Source: Balanoglossus misakiensis (taxonomy: Eukaryota; Animalia; Hemichordata). From it: a stretch of 64,000 nt of DNA. The stretch lies in the NCBI GenBank assembly GCA_040954595.2, contig CM082591.2, positions 4,139,957-4,203,956 on the forward strand, in the 5' to 3' direction. Below the pieces are notes generated by a model. That model did no database searches. It saw only the letters and a list, made by a program, of their open reading frames with translations, and had not been told where the DNA came from. Made by a program: the position numbers and the translations under genes. This document shows positions 33,178 to 50,386 of this stretch, in pieces. Numbering within the stretch: the stretch's first letter is position 1; each line of letters begins with the position of its first letter.

Positions 33178-35077
33178 TGCAACACTCCTGATTAGTCAGT
33201 GCACGGCCATATTTGGTCGTCTGACATACTGCTGCAGTACGTACAAATCTAGTAGGACATTGTTGCCAGCCCCTGCACAAAATGGAATGGTCCAGAGCAT
33301 ACTTGCCAAATTGTGTCTCCCCTATCGATTTGTAATGGAACAACCCACTTCAGATGTGCTTCCTGAACAGATTTGTGACATGCCGCTCCACCTGATGTTA
33401 ATGGAATATCCCAGTCATTTATTGAACTAGCCTAGGGAGTCAATGTGCCATACACCTTAGCCTTTCATATTTTCATACAGTCTTTCAAGTCTATTCACTG
33501 CAAATGTATTGAAGACAAATCAAGACCATCTATCGAACAGAATTCAATAAACATTCACAGTTAGACTTTAGTTAGATCATGGGCACTGCAATGCAGAAAA
33601 CGATGACAATTTTGTGTCACACATTTTCTTTAAAAATCAACCATCGCAAAAATTATTAAAATAATCCATGACAGTTTCTTTAAAAAAAATGCCAGCTTCA
33701 AAAAATAATCATGACAGATAGATATGTATGTATACAACAACAGAAGCAGACCATGACTTTTTATGCTTCACACTGAAATAAATCATCATCAAGTAAAAGG
33801 ATTTTCAAAACAAATTATGTAGGGTCTTTGAAGTTGACCTGATTGTATATTGACTGAAAATGACAAGCACTATATTTTTGTTTAAATTAAGTAAGATCAG
33901 GTGCAGTGATTTGTTTTCCTGGCTGATGTCGATTTCTAATGCTATAAATATGAGCCGAATTTCAAATTATTGAGTATAAAATTTACAAATTTATGTACCT
34001 AAGGTACGTTGCAACGCGTTGGCTTGAGGCCAAATATTGCTAGAAACTTGAATATTGAGACGATGTTAGCAAAACTTCACTTAGGATCATCTGCATAGTT
34101 TTCACATGACACTCTGAGTTGTAAGATATCATGGCAGAATAGTTTTGGCTCTTGGTCGAAAGCAGAACAGTTATACAATCATAGCAGTAGAAAAATCTGT
34201 GAATCAAAAACAACTGATCACAGTGATAATCTTACGAAAATTATATTGTGAGATTTGGGGTTTTTACCCTTTAACCACTTTTCATTGATATAGCCTATTG
34301 ATTTTGTCCGACAAACTGGACGTGTTGACTACAATGTAGGGGTGAAATCTCTAAACAGAACTCAATGGTGTATAGGTTGTTGTAGATGTCAATCACATGT
34401 AACTTTTTTGCATTTTTTTACATTTGTACTATGCTACTTTAATGTCTGTTTGTGTGTGGCAAACATGAGTCTAATTATCCGAAAATCCTATAAATATTTT
34501 TGTTCAGCTAATTTACATCAAATCAGTATCACAATTATCTTTTTCAGTCTGATTATTAATTTTTGTGCTTTAACATTGTAAACCTAAACTTTGTACTTTT
34601 TTTAGAATTTCTCGTACTATGCTTATGAAATATGTAACACTTTCAAAGGGACTTACTTTTATTATAGATGTATAAAGATATTTTTAAAGTAAAAAGACAT
34701 TACAAGTATAGTGCAATTTGTCAGGAAATCTTGTAGACACCATCACGATATCACAATTATGAAAAATGTATTTTGTAAAAAATTTGTGACCATCAGTTCT
34801 TGTTTTTTTTTTTTAAAGCGAAGCAAATTAAAAGGTGGATATAAAATTTTTATTTGTATTGGTTGTTTATTCAAGTAGCTAAATTTGATGTAACCGGGGG
34901 TACCAAAGAAGAGGGAAATTACAAACATCAACAAATTTAATCAGTATATCTTTTCATTTGTCTTTCTGTATCGACAGAGAGAATGAGGGAAGGAGGGGGG
35001 GGGAGATATTTACCAATTCTTTTCAAACCTGATTTCCAGAAATTTACATACAGATTAGAAAGGTAGCGAGAACACAG

Positions 35078-39157
<4,080 letters not shown>

Positions 39158-39627
39158 TGCTGAAAGCCAGTGATGGATGTGGTACCAAATTGTCTGTCGA
39201 AAGGCTCTTTTAGTTTTCTTTGTGAATTTGTTAAAGCTGACCAGGATATGTCAGTGCGTATTGGGTCTGTTCAAAGCAAATACACAAAACAAGATGTCCA
39301 ACTGGCATTTTGACAAAATTGTGTAAATTACATAGCAAAGAGTATCTATGACTTTCAATCGGGAAAATATAATAAATAATACAAGATCTATTTTACCAGA
39401 AAAAAATATTGTTTATATATTCAATGCAATATAACCTTATTCATGCCATTGTAATACCACAAAGACACTACTTACCTCGTGAGTATTCATCAGACAAAAT
39501 GGACTGAATGCTTTCCACATATTTAGAAATGAGTTGCAAATTTCTTTCAGCGAAACCCAACAACGAGATCTCTTCAATTTCTTACCAACAAAACAAAAAC
39601 ATCAGAATGATTTTAACAGGCGGGTTG

Positions 39628-40086
39628 ATACGTACGTACGTACGTACGTCTGTACGTACATACGTACGTACGTATACGTACATACATACATACATACATA
39701 CATACAAACATACATACATACATACATACATACATACATACATACATACATACATACATACATACATACATACATACATACATACATACATACATACATA
39801 CATACATACATACATACATACATACATACATACATACATACATACATACATACATACATACATACATACATACATACATACATACATACATACATACATA
39901 CATACATACATACATACATACATACATACATACATACATACATACATACATACATACATACATACATACATACATACATACATACATACATACATACATA
40001 CATACATACATACATACATACATACATACATACATACATACATACATACATACATACATACATACATACATACATACATACATACA
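39628..40086. repeat. Long (TACA)n microsatellite with (TACG)n head
   Basis: About 400 bp of nearly perfect TACA repeat. Confidence 0.98.
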
Positions 40087-41834
40087 TTTTCTGCTGTCAA
40101 TATGTAGGGCAACATTTTTGTCATTTTACACATTCTAGACGAACTGTTTGAAAGTCTTGATCAAATTCTTTAAAAAAATACGCTAACGGGCTTAAATTTG
40201 TATTTAAAAAAATGGCAACAATTTGGCTATTGCGTTGCAATAAGGACTCCACATTCACATTACTTCTGATATTGATGTCGTATCCTAGTAAGTTGGTTTG
40301 TCCAACCCGCAGATGATGAAAAAAATTCAAAAGCCTTTGTAAATACAATAAAAAAAACAATTGGGACAATTGTGTTAGACTCCTAATAAATAAACAAAAT
40401 ATCTCGAGGTTATCAGAACCATAACTTATTTTATTTTCTTTGCCAATCTTCAGAAATTTTCCCCGTGTAGTTTTTCCTTATATTCAAGGAGGTGACGCTT
40501 ACCTTTATTTTTGCTGTGTACAACTCTAGTAAGAACAGCAGACAGGCTTAGCAGACAACCAATACAGGCTATTGTAGACGCTCTGACGAACATACCTTCA
40601 AGCTATGGTTTAACGGTGAAAAATAGGCTTTAAGGGGTTATTACGTCGTCTAATTACTATATCAAACATTGATGTGAAATAATAGCAGTGCTATTGTAGG
40701 ATTAGATCTGGCGAATGTGGAAGACCCAGGCTTGTCTTTGAAGGGGACGTTATCAGCCTCAATGCATGCAAACACCTACACGTAAACATTTGGCTTGTAG
40801 TCTTGACGCCATGATTCCGGGGATGTCCCCCGAAACGGCGAATAGCCTCAAATTATTGCAACTGACGTAAACACAAAATTGAAATGTGCTTTGTACAAAC
40901 ACAGTCACTCCATGTGTGAAGTGACTGTTGTCAAAAGCACTGTACCACAATACAATGTGAAAGACATCCCAATGAAATGTATATGACCTTACCATACCAC
41001 GGTCTCTAGCGTGTCCCAACTATAAGAACTACGTACAGAATCCAAATACAAATAAGACATAGGGTCTACACAGCTGCGTTCAAGCAATTACACGGCAAAC
41101 TGCCAAACAAATCGGAAAAACACAAGCAGTATGCATGGTCGAGCACCGCCTTTCTGAACGGTGGTTCTAAATTCAACCCTCGTCGTCGTGTAAACAGCCA
41201 GATACTATAGATGCATTGTTTGTGTCGTCAAAGGAGCGCTCTACAGTACGGTCAAATGAAAAACCTACGTTCAACTTTGATCTGCAGCTCTTTCAACAGA
41301 CTGATTAAAATTCAGTAAGTGTCTGTGACAGAAGAACTACTGCAACAAACAATTCTAAATATAGTTTCAGCTTTCCTTGTTCCGACCCAAGTTGGGTCGC
41401 TGAAACTGTTGATAGGAGTTTGTATGAAACTGTCCGGACGGTTTAGCTCCGTTTCCACAGCTACACAATATTGTGACGATGTAATTCGTGAATTTCATAG
41501 CTTCTGGTACATTGCCAGGGGGTGGATAGTCTCGTTTCCAGACTCGTTGCTTCGCAAGTGAAAACGAAGTGAGGAGGTCTGGGGGCAAGATCAGGGGGTG
41601 GATAGCTAAGCTTACTCAAAAATAAAACGTGAATACGTCTTTTGTTGCAAGATTTTAATAATAACTTCAAAAGTTGGTGTTGTTTTCTGAAAGTTACTAC
41701 TTTACTTGAAATTGCCGCGGTAACATGGATAAACGACCATTTTGTTTTGCGTACTGCGTTTCTTATAATGCAATTGTCAGTATGAGTAAGTAAGAAATAA
41801 ACTACATGTACAGTAGATGAAAATGTATCTCCAC

Positions 41835-44800
41835 TTAAACATCGCCCGTGTGATCGACATCTTTTTCTTCTTTGAAAGTCTCATGAAGCGTGTCATTAAC
41901 GTCTTTCCTTCGCAAAACTTTTGTGGCTTCCATTAGTTGGACCTGTGCGTGGTGTAACAATGCTTGATAGTCTTTGGAACCCGCACTGCTCGGGGGAGAC
42001 AGCGAGTTGGCGGGGGACTTTGGCCCGCTCCCCGCGACAGTCTTACTCGGCGACCCTGCCGCTGGATCTACAGGTGGTCTTTTAGGGGTTGGTGAGTTGC
42101 TGTTGAGTACGTCTGTTAGGACCTCCGCCGGCGTCTTGCCCCCTGAGTCGTTCTTAGCATTATTGAGTGCTGCGCCAGGGTTCATTGCAGGCTGTTTTCC
42201 CCCGAACTGTTGCAGGACGTCGGCTAATATTTGTGCGGGTGTCTTTCTCCCTGACTTAGTCCTTGTGTTTTCTGTTGCGCTGTCATCTTTACCCTCCCCT
42301 TTGCCTTCTGTCCCGCTCGGCGCGTTTGTCTGGCTGCCCGGTGCTCCTGACGAAATCAACGCCAGCAACTCGGCCACTCCATCCGTATCCTGACTTTCAA
42401 GCTTCGCAGAAGACACTTTCACGGCCTCCTTCTTGTCTTTCTCTTTCTTCTTCCCTCTTTTCTTGCCTTCGCCTTTGCTCTGCTTCTCGGTATTCCCGAG
42501 CTGCGCCAACACCGACATCAACTCGTCATTGGCCGCGCCGACGTCCACGCCGTTTGTCCTGTTCTTCTTCTTGGACCGCAGACTCGCGCCCAGTTTCGTG
42601 AGGACCGCCATGGCGTCGTCGCCCTCTTCAATTTGGAGTCCGTCCACCTCTTCTTTCTCCTGTCCAGTTGTATCACCATCGCCCTGTTTGTCAGACTCCT
42701 CTGCATCCTCAGGTTTCTCGCTGCTGTCTTTCAGAGACTTGTTCTCCTGCTCTGGTTTTTCCTCCTCCCCAGAAATCATTTTCATCAACTCGTCCACGGC
42801 AATCCCCTCATCTTCTTTCTTTTTGCTTTCCTTCTTTTTCTCTCCCTTCTTCTTCTTTTTCAGCGGTGCTTCACTCTCGCCTTCCGATCGCGAGGTGTTG
42901 GTGGGCCCGGTAGCTTTTGTGCGCGGGCTCCATCTGTAGGACTTTTTCGACCGTTCGCTTCGATTTTTACTCGGGTTTGTGCCCCTGTCGGAAAACGCTT
43001 GGCTGTTTCGTGATTTTGAGGGCTTTGGGCGGTCGTCTGTAGACGTGGCGTATGTTCTCGTTTCGCTGCGTGGTTTTGTCCGTGGGTAAATCACCCTCTC
43101 CTGCTCAGGGGGGAGTAGGCGCCCTTCTATGGTGACGGGCACTTCTGCCGAGGCGTGGCCGTGGAGTGTTTGCGGGCCCGGTGGTTCTCGGCTCGTGACG
43201 GTGCGCATGTCTTCCCTGTAGTGTCCGGTCATTGTCGTCACCTGCGCTGGCCGATATGCGCCCTGGAGGATGGTCAGCCTTTCCACCTTATTCATGGTGG
43301 CGGTGATGTCGTCTGGGTCGGTTTGCACGGCGGCGTCGTAAGGCGTCTGGACCTCCTTGGAGATCATGATTTTCTTCGGCTCGGCCACTGGCGGCGGTTG
43401 CACCACTGCGTGCTGAGGGGTCGCCGGTGCCGCAGCCACGGCCACGACTTGTGTGTTTGGTTCCATCACGACATGGCTTGGCCCAGCTACTGGTTCCGAC
43501 TGTGACGCCTCTTCCACAACAGGCTGTTGTGTTAGGTCTGCCATCTGTCCCTTCTCTCCGCTTTCTACCATTGGGACATTCTCCACTCCGTCGCTTTTTG
43601 TCTCCCCTTCCCCTTCAACAACGACCGCTTGTTGCTGTTCCTCATCCTTCTGCTGTCCCTCGTTGTCCTTCTCTTCTTCCCCGACGACTGGCACCGCCAT
43701 TTTCTCTTCTGGCAGCTGCGAAACGTCTTCCAAGGGTTTCTCGCCTTCGTTTTCTTTTATTTCCCCGCTCTGACCATCTTCAGCTCCTTCCCCCTTTTCT
43801 TCCTTTCCTTGCTCGCCATTTTCGCCCTCTTCCTCCTCTTTCTTTTTGCCACCCCCCATGAATCGCCCGAGCGCCCTGGCAAATCCCCAGCGAGATTTCG
43901 GCTTCTCTTCTTGCTTCGGCTCCGGTTCGGCATTCTTCGCTTCGGTCTCTTCCTTCGTCTTGGCATCATTCTCCTTTGCGTCCGCGTCCGCGTCTGCCAG
44001 CCCGTCTCTCTGGACGCCGCCACTGCTGGTTCTCGGCATGTCCTCGTCTCTCTTCTCAGGCCCCTCTCCTTCCTGGCCCTTCTCATCTTGTTTGGCCTCC
44101 TCCTCCTTATTGTCACTTCCTTCTTCCCTCTTCTCCCCACCTTCCTCTCCCTTTTCCGCACTTTTCGCCCTCTTTTCCTCACCCTCTTCTTTCCCCTCTT
44201 CTGATTTCACATCCTCAGCCTTCCCATCGCCCCTTTCTTCGTTAACATCTTCCGTCTTATCCTCGCTCTCCCCTTTCTGCTCTTCAGTTTCCTTTTCTCC
44301 CTCCTCTGTCTTTTCTTCCTCCTTGCCATCTTCTGTCTTTTCGCCGCCACTTTCAACGACTTCCTCTTTCTTTTCACTGATACCATCTTCCTCAACTTTC
44401 TCCTGATTCTGATTTTCTCCTTCTTTCACCTCTTCATTCCCTTCTTCCTTTTCAGCTGTTGTGTCTTCTCCCTCTTTCTCCTCTACCTTTTCTTGATTCT
44501 CCCCCTCTGCTTTTTTCTCCTCCTCCTCCCCTTCCTTTGTATCGTCCTCGGGTTCTTTCTTCTCTTCCTCGGGCTTTTCCTTCTTCCCGAACAGCCTCTT
44601 GAAGAAACCCCTTACTCCACCTTCCTTCTTCTCCTCTCGCTTCGGTTCTTGTTGTTGTTCACCTTCTTGTTTGGATTGACTTTTCTTTGATTCGGTAGAT
44701 TTGGCAGTCGGTGGACGTGGTCTCTCCGACTTTGCAGTGGCCGGTCGAAGCGAGCGCGAAGTCTTCGGTCTTTCGTTGTCTGTTTCGTCCTCGGTCGCAG

Positions 44801-45221
44801 TCTCCCCCTTCCTTTTGTCGTCCAGTTCGGATTCATATTCGGTTTCCGTTGCCTCGTCCGCTGTGGTCTCTTCTTCGATTTTCTCCAAAGCCGGCGCCTG
44901 GTCAACCTTGTTCCGCCGCGGCCGCGGCTTCCGAGGTGCCCGGGGTTTGTCCTCTGGATTCCCGTCGCCGGGTTTTCTCTCGCCTCGCGGGCGGCGTCTG
45001 CGGGGGCGGTTCGGGTCCCGCTTTCGCCGACGTCGGGCGTTCGGGTCTTTCCTCCGTCTCCGCTCTCGCTCCTTCTCTAGGTCCTCGTCGACTTCGTCCT
45101 CGCTGCTGCCAGGGTTCGGCTTGGCGTTGTACGAGAACTTCTGAAACCGTGGCTGGGGCGGCTCGGCCGGTTCGGTGCCAGCGCCATCAGCCGGTGTGAC
45201 TGTCGCATTTTTGTTCCCCAT
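41835..45221 (-). CDS. Uncharacterised 1128-aa Glu/Lys-rich disordered protein, single coding exon
   Basis: Uninterrupted 3.4-kb ORF, GC-richer than its flanks. Splice acceptor at ~45266 upstream of aagATGG; candidate AATAAA (minus) at ~40504-40509. No globular domain recognised. Confidence 0.85.
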   Translation of the reverse strand: MGNKNATVTPADGAGTEPAEPPQPRFQKFSYNAKPNPGSSEDEVDEDLEKERERRRRKDPNARRRRKRDPNRPRRRRPRGERKPGDGNPEDKPRAPRKPRPRRNKVDQAPALEKIEEETTADEATETEYESELDDKRKGETATEDETDNERPKTSRSLRPATAKSERPRPPTAKSTESKKSQSKQEGEQQQEPKREEKKEGGVRGFFKRLFGKKEKPEEEKKEPEDDTKEGEEEEKKAEGENQEKVEEKEGEDTTAEKEEGNEEVKEGENQNQEKVEEDGISEKKEEVVESGGEKTEDGKEEEKTEEGEKETEEQKGESEDKTEDVNEERGDGKAEDVKSEEGKEEGEEKRAKSAEKGEEGGEKREEGSDNKEEEAKQDEKGQEGEGPEKRDEDMPRTSSGGVQRDGLADADADAKENDAKTKEETEAKNAEPEPKQEEKPKSRWGFARALGRFMGGGKKKEEEEGENGEQGKEEKGEGAEDGQSGEIKENEGEKPLEDVSQLPEEKMAVPVVGEEEKDNEGQQKDEEQQQAVVVEGEGETKSDGVENVPMVESGEKGQMADLTQQPVVEEASQSEPVAGPSHVVMEPNTQVVAVAAAPATPQHAVVQPPPVAEPKKIMISKEVQTPYDAAVQTDPDDITATMNKVERLTILQGAYRPAQVTTMTGHYREDMRTVTSREPPGPQTLHGHASAEVPVTIEGRLLPPEQERVIYPRTKPRSETRTYATSTDDRPKPSKSRNSQAFSDRGTNPSKNRSERSKKSYRWSPRTKATGPTNTSRSEGESEAPLKKKKKGEKKKESKKKEDEGIAVDELMKMISGEEEKPEQENKSLKDSSEKPEDAEESDKQGDGDTTGQEKEEVDGLQIEEGDDAMAVLTKLGASLRSKKKNRTNGVDVGAANDELMSVLAQLGNTEKQSKGEGKKRGKKKEKDKKEAVKVSSAKLESQDTDGVAELLALISSGAPGSQTNAPSGTEGKGEGKDDSATENTRTKSGRKTPAQILADVLQQFGGKQPAMNPGAALNNAKNDSGGKTPAEVLTDVLNSNSPTPKRPPVDPAAGSPSKTVAGSGPKSPANSLSPPSSAGSKDYQALLHHAQVQLMEATKVLRRKDVNDTLHETFKEEKDVDHTGDV

Positions 45222-46773
45222 CTTCGGGGTGTGGGATCACAGGGGAAAGTGTTCTGCTGCATTACCTGCAGACATAAAATATTACATTCGATCCTTTTAA
45301 TTGTTGCATCCCCACGTAATATTGTAGCATTCACTATCTTGACGAGCTTGAGGTACCCAAAAGACACCAAATACTGTTCATTGTTGTAAAAATGGGAGAG
45401 GTTTTATCGTTTGGGCGGACGACAGTGGAGATTTGCTGGTATATACGATGACCCAACGAAAATGAGAGTAAGCTTGAAGTATCATCATACAGCTGCAGTC
45501 AGAAACAATTCTTTTTCTAGGTCTTACTAACAACAACGTTGCGATAGACCTACATCGCGATAATTCCTAAAGAAGACTCCCTATTTGTTTGTACTACCAC
45601 TGTTGATGTATTGATTTTTTCTCTTCACGTCCTGTCAACCTATTCAAAAATTCCTCGGGTGAGTTTCCACTGTTAAAACCCTATAATGCCGTTGTAGTGT
45701 TTTAGTGAACAAGAACACCCCTGACTGGTGAGAATGAAGCGTATCTACAAATAAAATTATTTCTCACTCGGAGCCACGGAAACCTACTTGTATGGAAATC
45801 AAAACTTTGCCACACAACAAAAATTCTAATACAAGCAATGACAGTCCGGTTTTGGTAACGCCGAATGCCATCCTTCATCCGATGATTAAAGACTAAACAC
45901 CGCACTGAAGTCTGAGGGTCACAAAAGTGTAATGGAAGATGGTGCACGTAAAGAATTGAAGAGACGGTGTGCTCTATAAATTCTAATGATGTTTTCCAGT
46001 ATATAGAAACACAGAAGCCTCAACGCCGGTAATGTTGGCGGCAAAATGGTTGCCAACTTTGTAGCTCAGTCGACAAAACGTCACTTACCTACATCAGGAC
46101 TAGTAGGCCTACTTTGTTGGTTTAACGCTTCATGGTTCGAAGTTGTGTTTATAAATACAGAAGCAATTTATATTTTCCATGCTAGAAGACAGAGGCAGCC
46201 CATTGCTGGTAGAGAACAACGTAACTATAACGCCAGAAAAATAAAAACAACGATCTAAGCCGATTATGTCACAAAGAGAACTTAGGCTAATCAATATTTG
46301 AAATAAAACAAAAACCACACAGTCAGCGCTCGTATGAATTATTCATTTTATCTGATCCAGTACTGTAAAAAGTCTTCCTAGATTGATAGCTTTCGTTTTC
46401 ACTGAAACAACTATCCCTTATCATGTCCCTGAGAAAACCGTGTATGTAGAAAGTCGCACAGTCCTACTGCAGAGGGAGTGTAGAACTGTAAGACTTTATT
46501 CACTGTAATGCGGATGGCTGAACAACTTGTGGAGGAAAGCGATAACGAACAATCTTGACCAAAAACAGTAACGGCATTCTCGGCTTATACGTTCGGTCAC
46601 TGATTAATTTGCATTTACTTTGAAAACGAGAGAATAGAAAGACAAGTTAAAATTTTAGTGTAAAATTTGGATTTTTACGTATGTTTATGTGACTAAACTC
46701 GACACACTCGATTTAACCATTCTTCTGTGAATGTAGGCGAACACACATTTTACAAATACCGCACTACTTCATC

Positions 46774-48679
46774 ATGGCGGATATCGACTTCGAGCCACTG
46801 AATTTGCTTCTGAAGGTACGGTATTGCTAGTTACAGGGTTTTCTTTTAGGTCGGTGGTTATTGTAGGGAATGCAGGAGTGATTTGGCATTGTAGTTTCAC
46901 TCCGGTACTTTTGCCCACAGTCGTGGCTGTGCTTTTACCCATGGTACGTCCGAAGCCCGAGCTGCAATGTTGTCAGTGTGTGTGGACGCGCCCCGCCCAC
47001 CCGTGCCCCACCCCTGTCAGTGTCACTTGCTCTACGTATGTGTGCTTGCCAGTTGTCTTGTCAGCTGTCACAAGAGGGAGGGGAGAGGTCCACACACCAA
47101 TCAAGGAAGTGGTAGGGCTACGGATCCACAGCCACTGTCCGCCCAACCACGTAGCTGCAGTGCAGTACCAGGTTTTGCCTTTGGTAACGATATGAGATAG
47201 TACTCATGGGTTACTGTGTATGTATTCCCCACCTCAGGCTAATTCCAAGGAGTTCGTTCTGCGCCTTTGTGAAGATGCATACCTGTACAGAGATGTGGTG
47301 GAGTATCCCAAGAAAGTGACGGAAGTCATAGCAGTGACGTTATCAGTTCAACAAAATGCTGCTAAACAGGTGAGTGGTTTGTACACTGGCCAAAACGCCT
47401 GCCTGAACACAGGATGCCACTGGCTCATATTTCAATACAACCCCATAGAAACATACACATGAGCAAAATCTATGTGCCTTGACTGGCTGTTAGTATTCTC
47501 TTGCCTGATACAAAACATGACTACATCACTGCATACCTCATTCATTCTCTGGTATTTGCAGATGCTCCGAAGTTTGAGTTTGTTAATACAATGTGCAATA
47601 TTCGAAGGCTGCTCAGATGCCCCCTCAGTGCAAGCGTTGTTCCCAGGTAAGTTTATCCAGCCATGGGGTTAAATTGCAATTGAAATTCAAGCATGATATC
47701 AGCGCGGTGTCAAAATTCATCAATCATAATTTCATCTTGTTTCCATTCCAGATGATTTTCACAAAAACCTGAAGGACCTCATCACTAAAATTATCGTAGA
47801 AAACTTGTAAGTAATTGATTTTTGTCAAGCGGTAACATACTTTTTTTCATTTGTGTGGCTGGATCCATTACAGGTCAATTAACATCTATCTGTAGGGTCA
47901 GTGAATTGGTTAAATGTACTGAGAAATATTTTATTTATTTGACTGATTTTTTTCAGGCCGTCATGGAGAAGCAGGTCAGTGAACAACCAGAGTAAGTAGA
48001 CAATATGTCACTTTCATGACCCCTATATGACATTTTGTACATCTGTTGGTATGGGGTTGTCACAATTCAACATTTTGGGACAAGAAGCCTGTACAAAAAA
48101 GTTGCTTGAAAAAGAGTCACCTTTTCATTTGTCAACAGTAAGAATTGTCATTACTCATATACATGAAATATAAACAAAATTGAAAGAACTGAACTGAGGT
48201 GTTCAAAGGATGAATTACAATGAAACCTCTCTGGTGCATTTCAGTTTCCTTGCCAAGATTGGTGGATTTTGATTGGAGGGTAGATCTGAAGACTTCCACA
48301 GACACTATCACTAGGATGTCAATGCCAACCTGCGTGCTGCAACTCAAGGTAGGCTGTGAACTGATTTTTCAACAGACGAATCCCAGAGTTCGAATTTACA
48401 AACCCATATGTGAAAATCGACTGTAGATATGTGTATTGCTGTATATCATCACCACTACCACCACCACCACCACCGCGAACATCATCAACCATGTGTGTTA
48501 AATCTCAAAATCCATACTTCTTTTCCTGTCAACAGGTACAAGACACACCAAAACAAGTGGACTGCGTACCAGAACTCTCGTCTCTCAGTGTAGAACTAAG
48601 CAAAGAAACATTGGACACCATGTTAGATGGACTAGGGAAAATCAGAGACCAGTTAAACTCAGTTGCCAAGAGGACGTAG
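46774..48679 (+). CDS. COMMD9: COMM domain-containing protein 9, 7 coding exons
   Basis: Exons: 46774-46815, 47238-47369, 47562-47646, 47752-47806, 47957-47991, 48245-48348, 48536-48679. Motifs FHKNLKDLITKII, SLPRLVDFDWRVDLKTS and VELSKETLDTMLDGLGKIRDQL match COMMD9. Confidence 0.95.
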
Positions 48680-49244
48680 TCACAACTTTTCTCTTTGTGA
48701 ACATTTTACTTGTACTTCAATTTATTTCAGTGTTTAACTTTTATGTATGATATAAACCAGACAAAGCTGGTTCTTACTATAGATCGCAGATCATGGTGGG
48801 TTGAAGTCGATTGAGTTTGCAGCGCATCATGGGTTGATTACAGAAGTTAATTACAGTAGCAGCATTTTTCATGTAGAAAAATATATTCCAGACATGTGCA
48901 GTTTTATTTGTTTTTTTCTCCTGCATATCAGGAAATTCTATTGAACCATATTGGAATATTTTGTCATGTAAAGAGCTATTAAGAACTGAATAAAATTGTT
49001 TAAAATATTAAATTTAGATTTGATTGTCAACACATGGTTTTATCACCATAAATTATTTAGATATGCAAATATGGGCAAGGCAATGAAATGGCCAAATGAA
49101 GGGGGCGTGTCTTATGCGGTCTTATGAACAAACGAACCTGGGTGACCTCATTTTACCCCATGATTCGTGATATTAAATAGGCCAAAAAAAAATATCTGCT
49201 GTTCCGATTACCCGCTGACCCGCAAGAATTATGACGCCATAGGC

Positions 49245-49345
49245 CCAATTAGCTAAATTTGGCGGGAAAGGGAGTATCGTTCTCTTTATCTTCATTGGAA
49301 GAAAGTTAAATTGATGAGCTGCTATTGGCCGAGAGTAGTCACGTG
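49245..49345 (+). promoter_or_regulatory. Cell-cycle-type promoter cluster (E2F, CCAAT/NF-Y, E-box)
   Basis: CCAAT at 49245, TTTGGCGGGAAA at 49258-49269, ATTGG at 49294 and 49324, CACGTG at 49340-49345. Confidence 0.55.
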
Positions 49346-49620
49346 GTCATATTACATGTATGAACAAACAGAAGCATCATTTGCGACACAAGCAGCTTGG
49401 TTGACGGTTGGTGATCGTGAGAAGAACGAACCAGGCATTTTATTTCTTTTTTATCCTCATCTGTATTACTGTTTTGCGAGAAGAAATATTTAGAGTCAAA
49501 AAGTGATGTATAGAAATTAATATTGACGATGGTGTGAAAACTTTCGTTCACAGGACAGTTGTACCGGTAAAGGTGTTTTCAAGTTGAACTGTAGTGCGTC
49601 GACGACAATTTATACCCAGA

Positions 49621-50386
49621 ATGTCCGAGAAAATTGTCAACGAAATCGCGAAGAACGAGGCAAAGCTCGAGGACACAGAGATGAAGAAAACTATGGCTCC
49701 AGATACCAAGAATCAGGACTCGCAGGTACGGCTAGGCGCCCTGTCGTTGTGGGATTTTGTTCACCTAGGACAGACTAGATTAAAATCGAAGCGCCCTTGT
49801 CTAGTTCATTTAGATTATGTGTTAAATGATTCGTTTAAAATATTTTCAGGAGAAGAAAGAGGAAGTGGCCACAGAAAAGTGTGAAAAGTTGCAAGAAGAG
49901 AAAAAGAAGGAAGAACATGAAAACACTGGTGAGTAAATGGCATGAAATCCCTGTATTAGGACTATATAATTCAATCATACACTGAAAATTTTCAGGGAAC
50001 CCCAGGCTCGAGCATTTAGAGAGAATGTCCCTAAGCAAGTGTGTATATTTATGACCCAAAACAATATGTTTGCGAAGGATGGGGAAGATTGGTTAAAGAT
50101 TGGTTATATGGCAGTTTTGATATACCAAGGGGAATGACTTAGGGGACCTCGGTAACATTTACCTAGGTATCACCCTAAACAAAACCCACTGCTACATTTA
50201 TGACCACTTCTGCTTACCGCAGAGGACACAACTACTCCCAAAGTCAACCCAGGAGAGGTTTGCAACAAAAGACCAAAAGAACAGGAGCCCGCTGAGGCAG
50301 ATGAAGCCAGCCCAGTCAAGAAACCCAAAATCGCAGACATACCGGCCGAACACACCTCTGCCAAATCTGTATCATGTGAGGAGTAG
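49621..50386 (+). CDS. Small charged disordered protein (115 aa) with bipartite NLS; pro/parathymosin-like
   Basis: Exons 49621-49725, 49850-49928 and 50223-50386 join in phase: MSEKIVNEIAKNEAKLEDTEMKK...EKKEEVATEK...KRPKEQEPAEADEASPVKKPKI...CEE*. AATAAA at 50636. The gene model is good; the family call is tentative. Confidence 0.7.

Noticed and set aside
41974-45199. Many overlapping plus-strand ORFs (likewise at 15021-16039 and 57580-58092, and minus-strand ORFs at 20796-22353)
   Set aside because: Antisense shadows of low-complexity coding exons.
49621-49725. Canonical thymosin beta-4 call
   Set aside because: The LKKTET actin-binding motif is degenerate (LEDTEM), and the rest of the protein is unrelated to beta-thymosin repeats.
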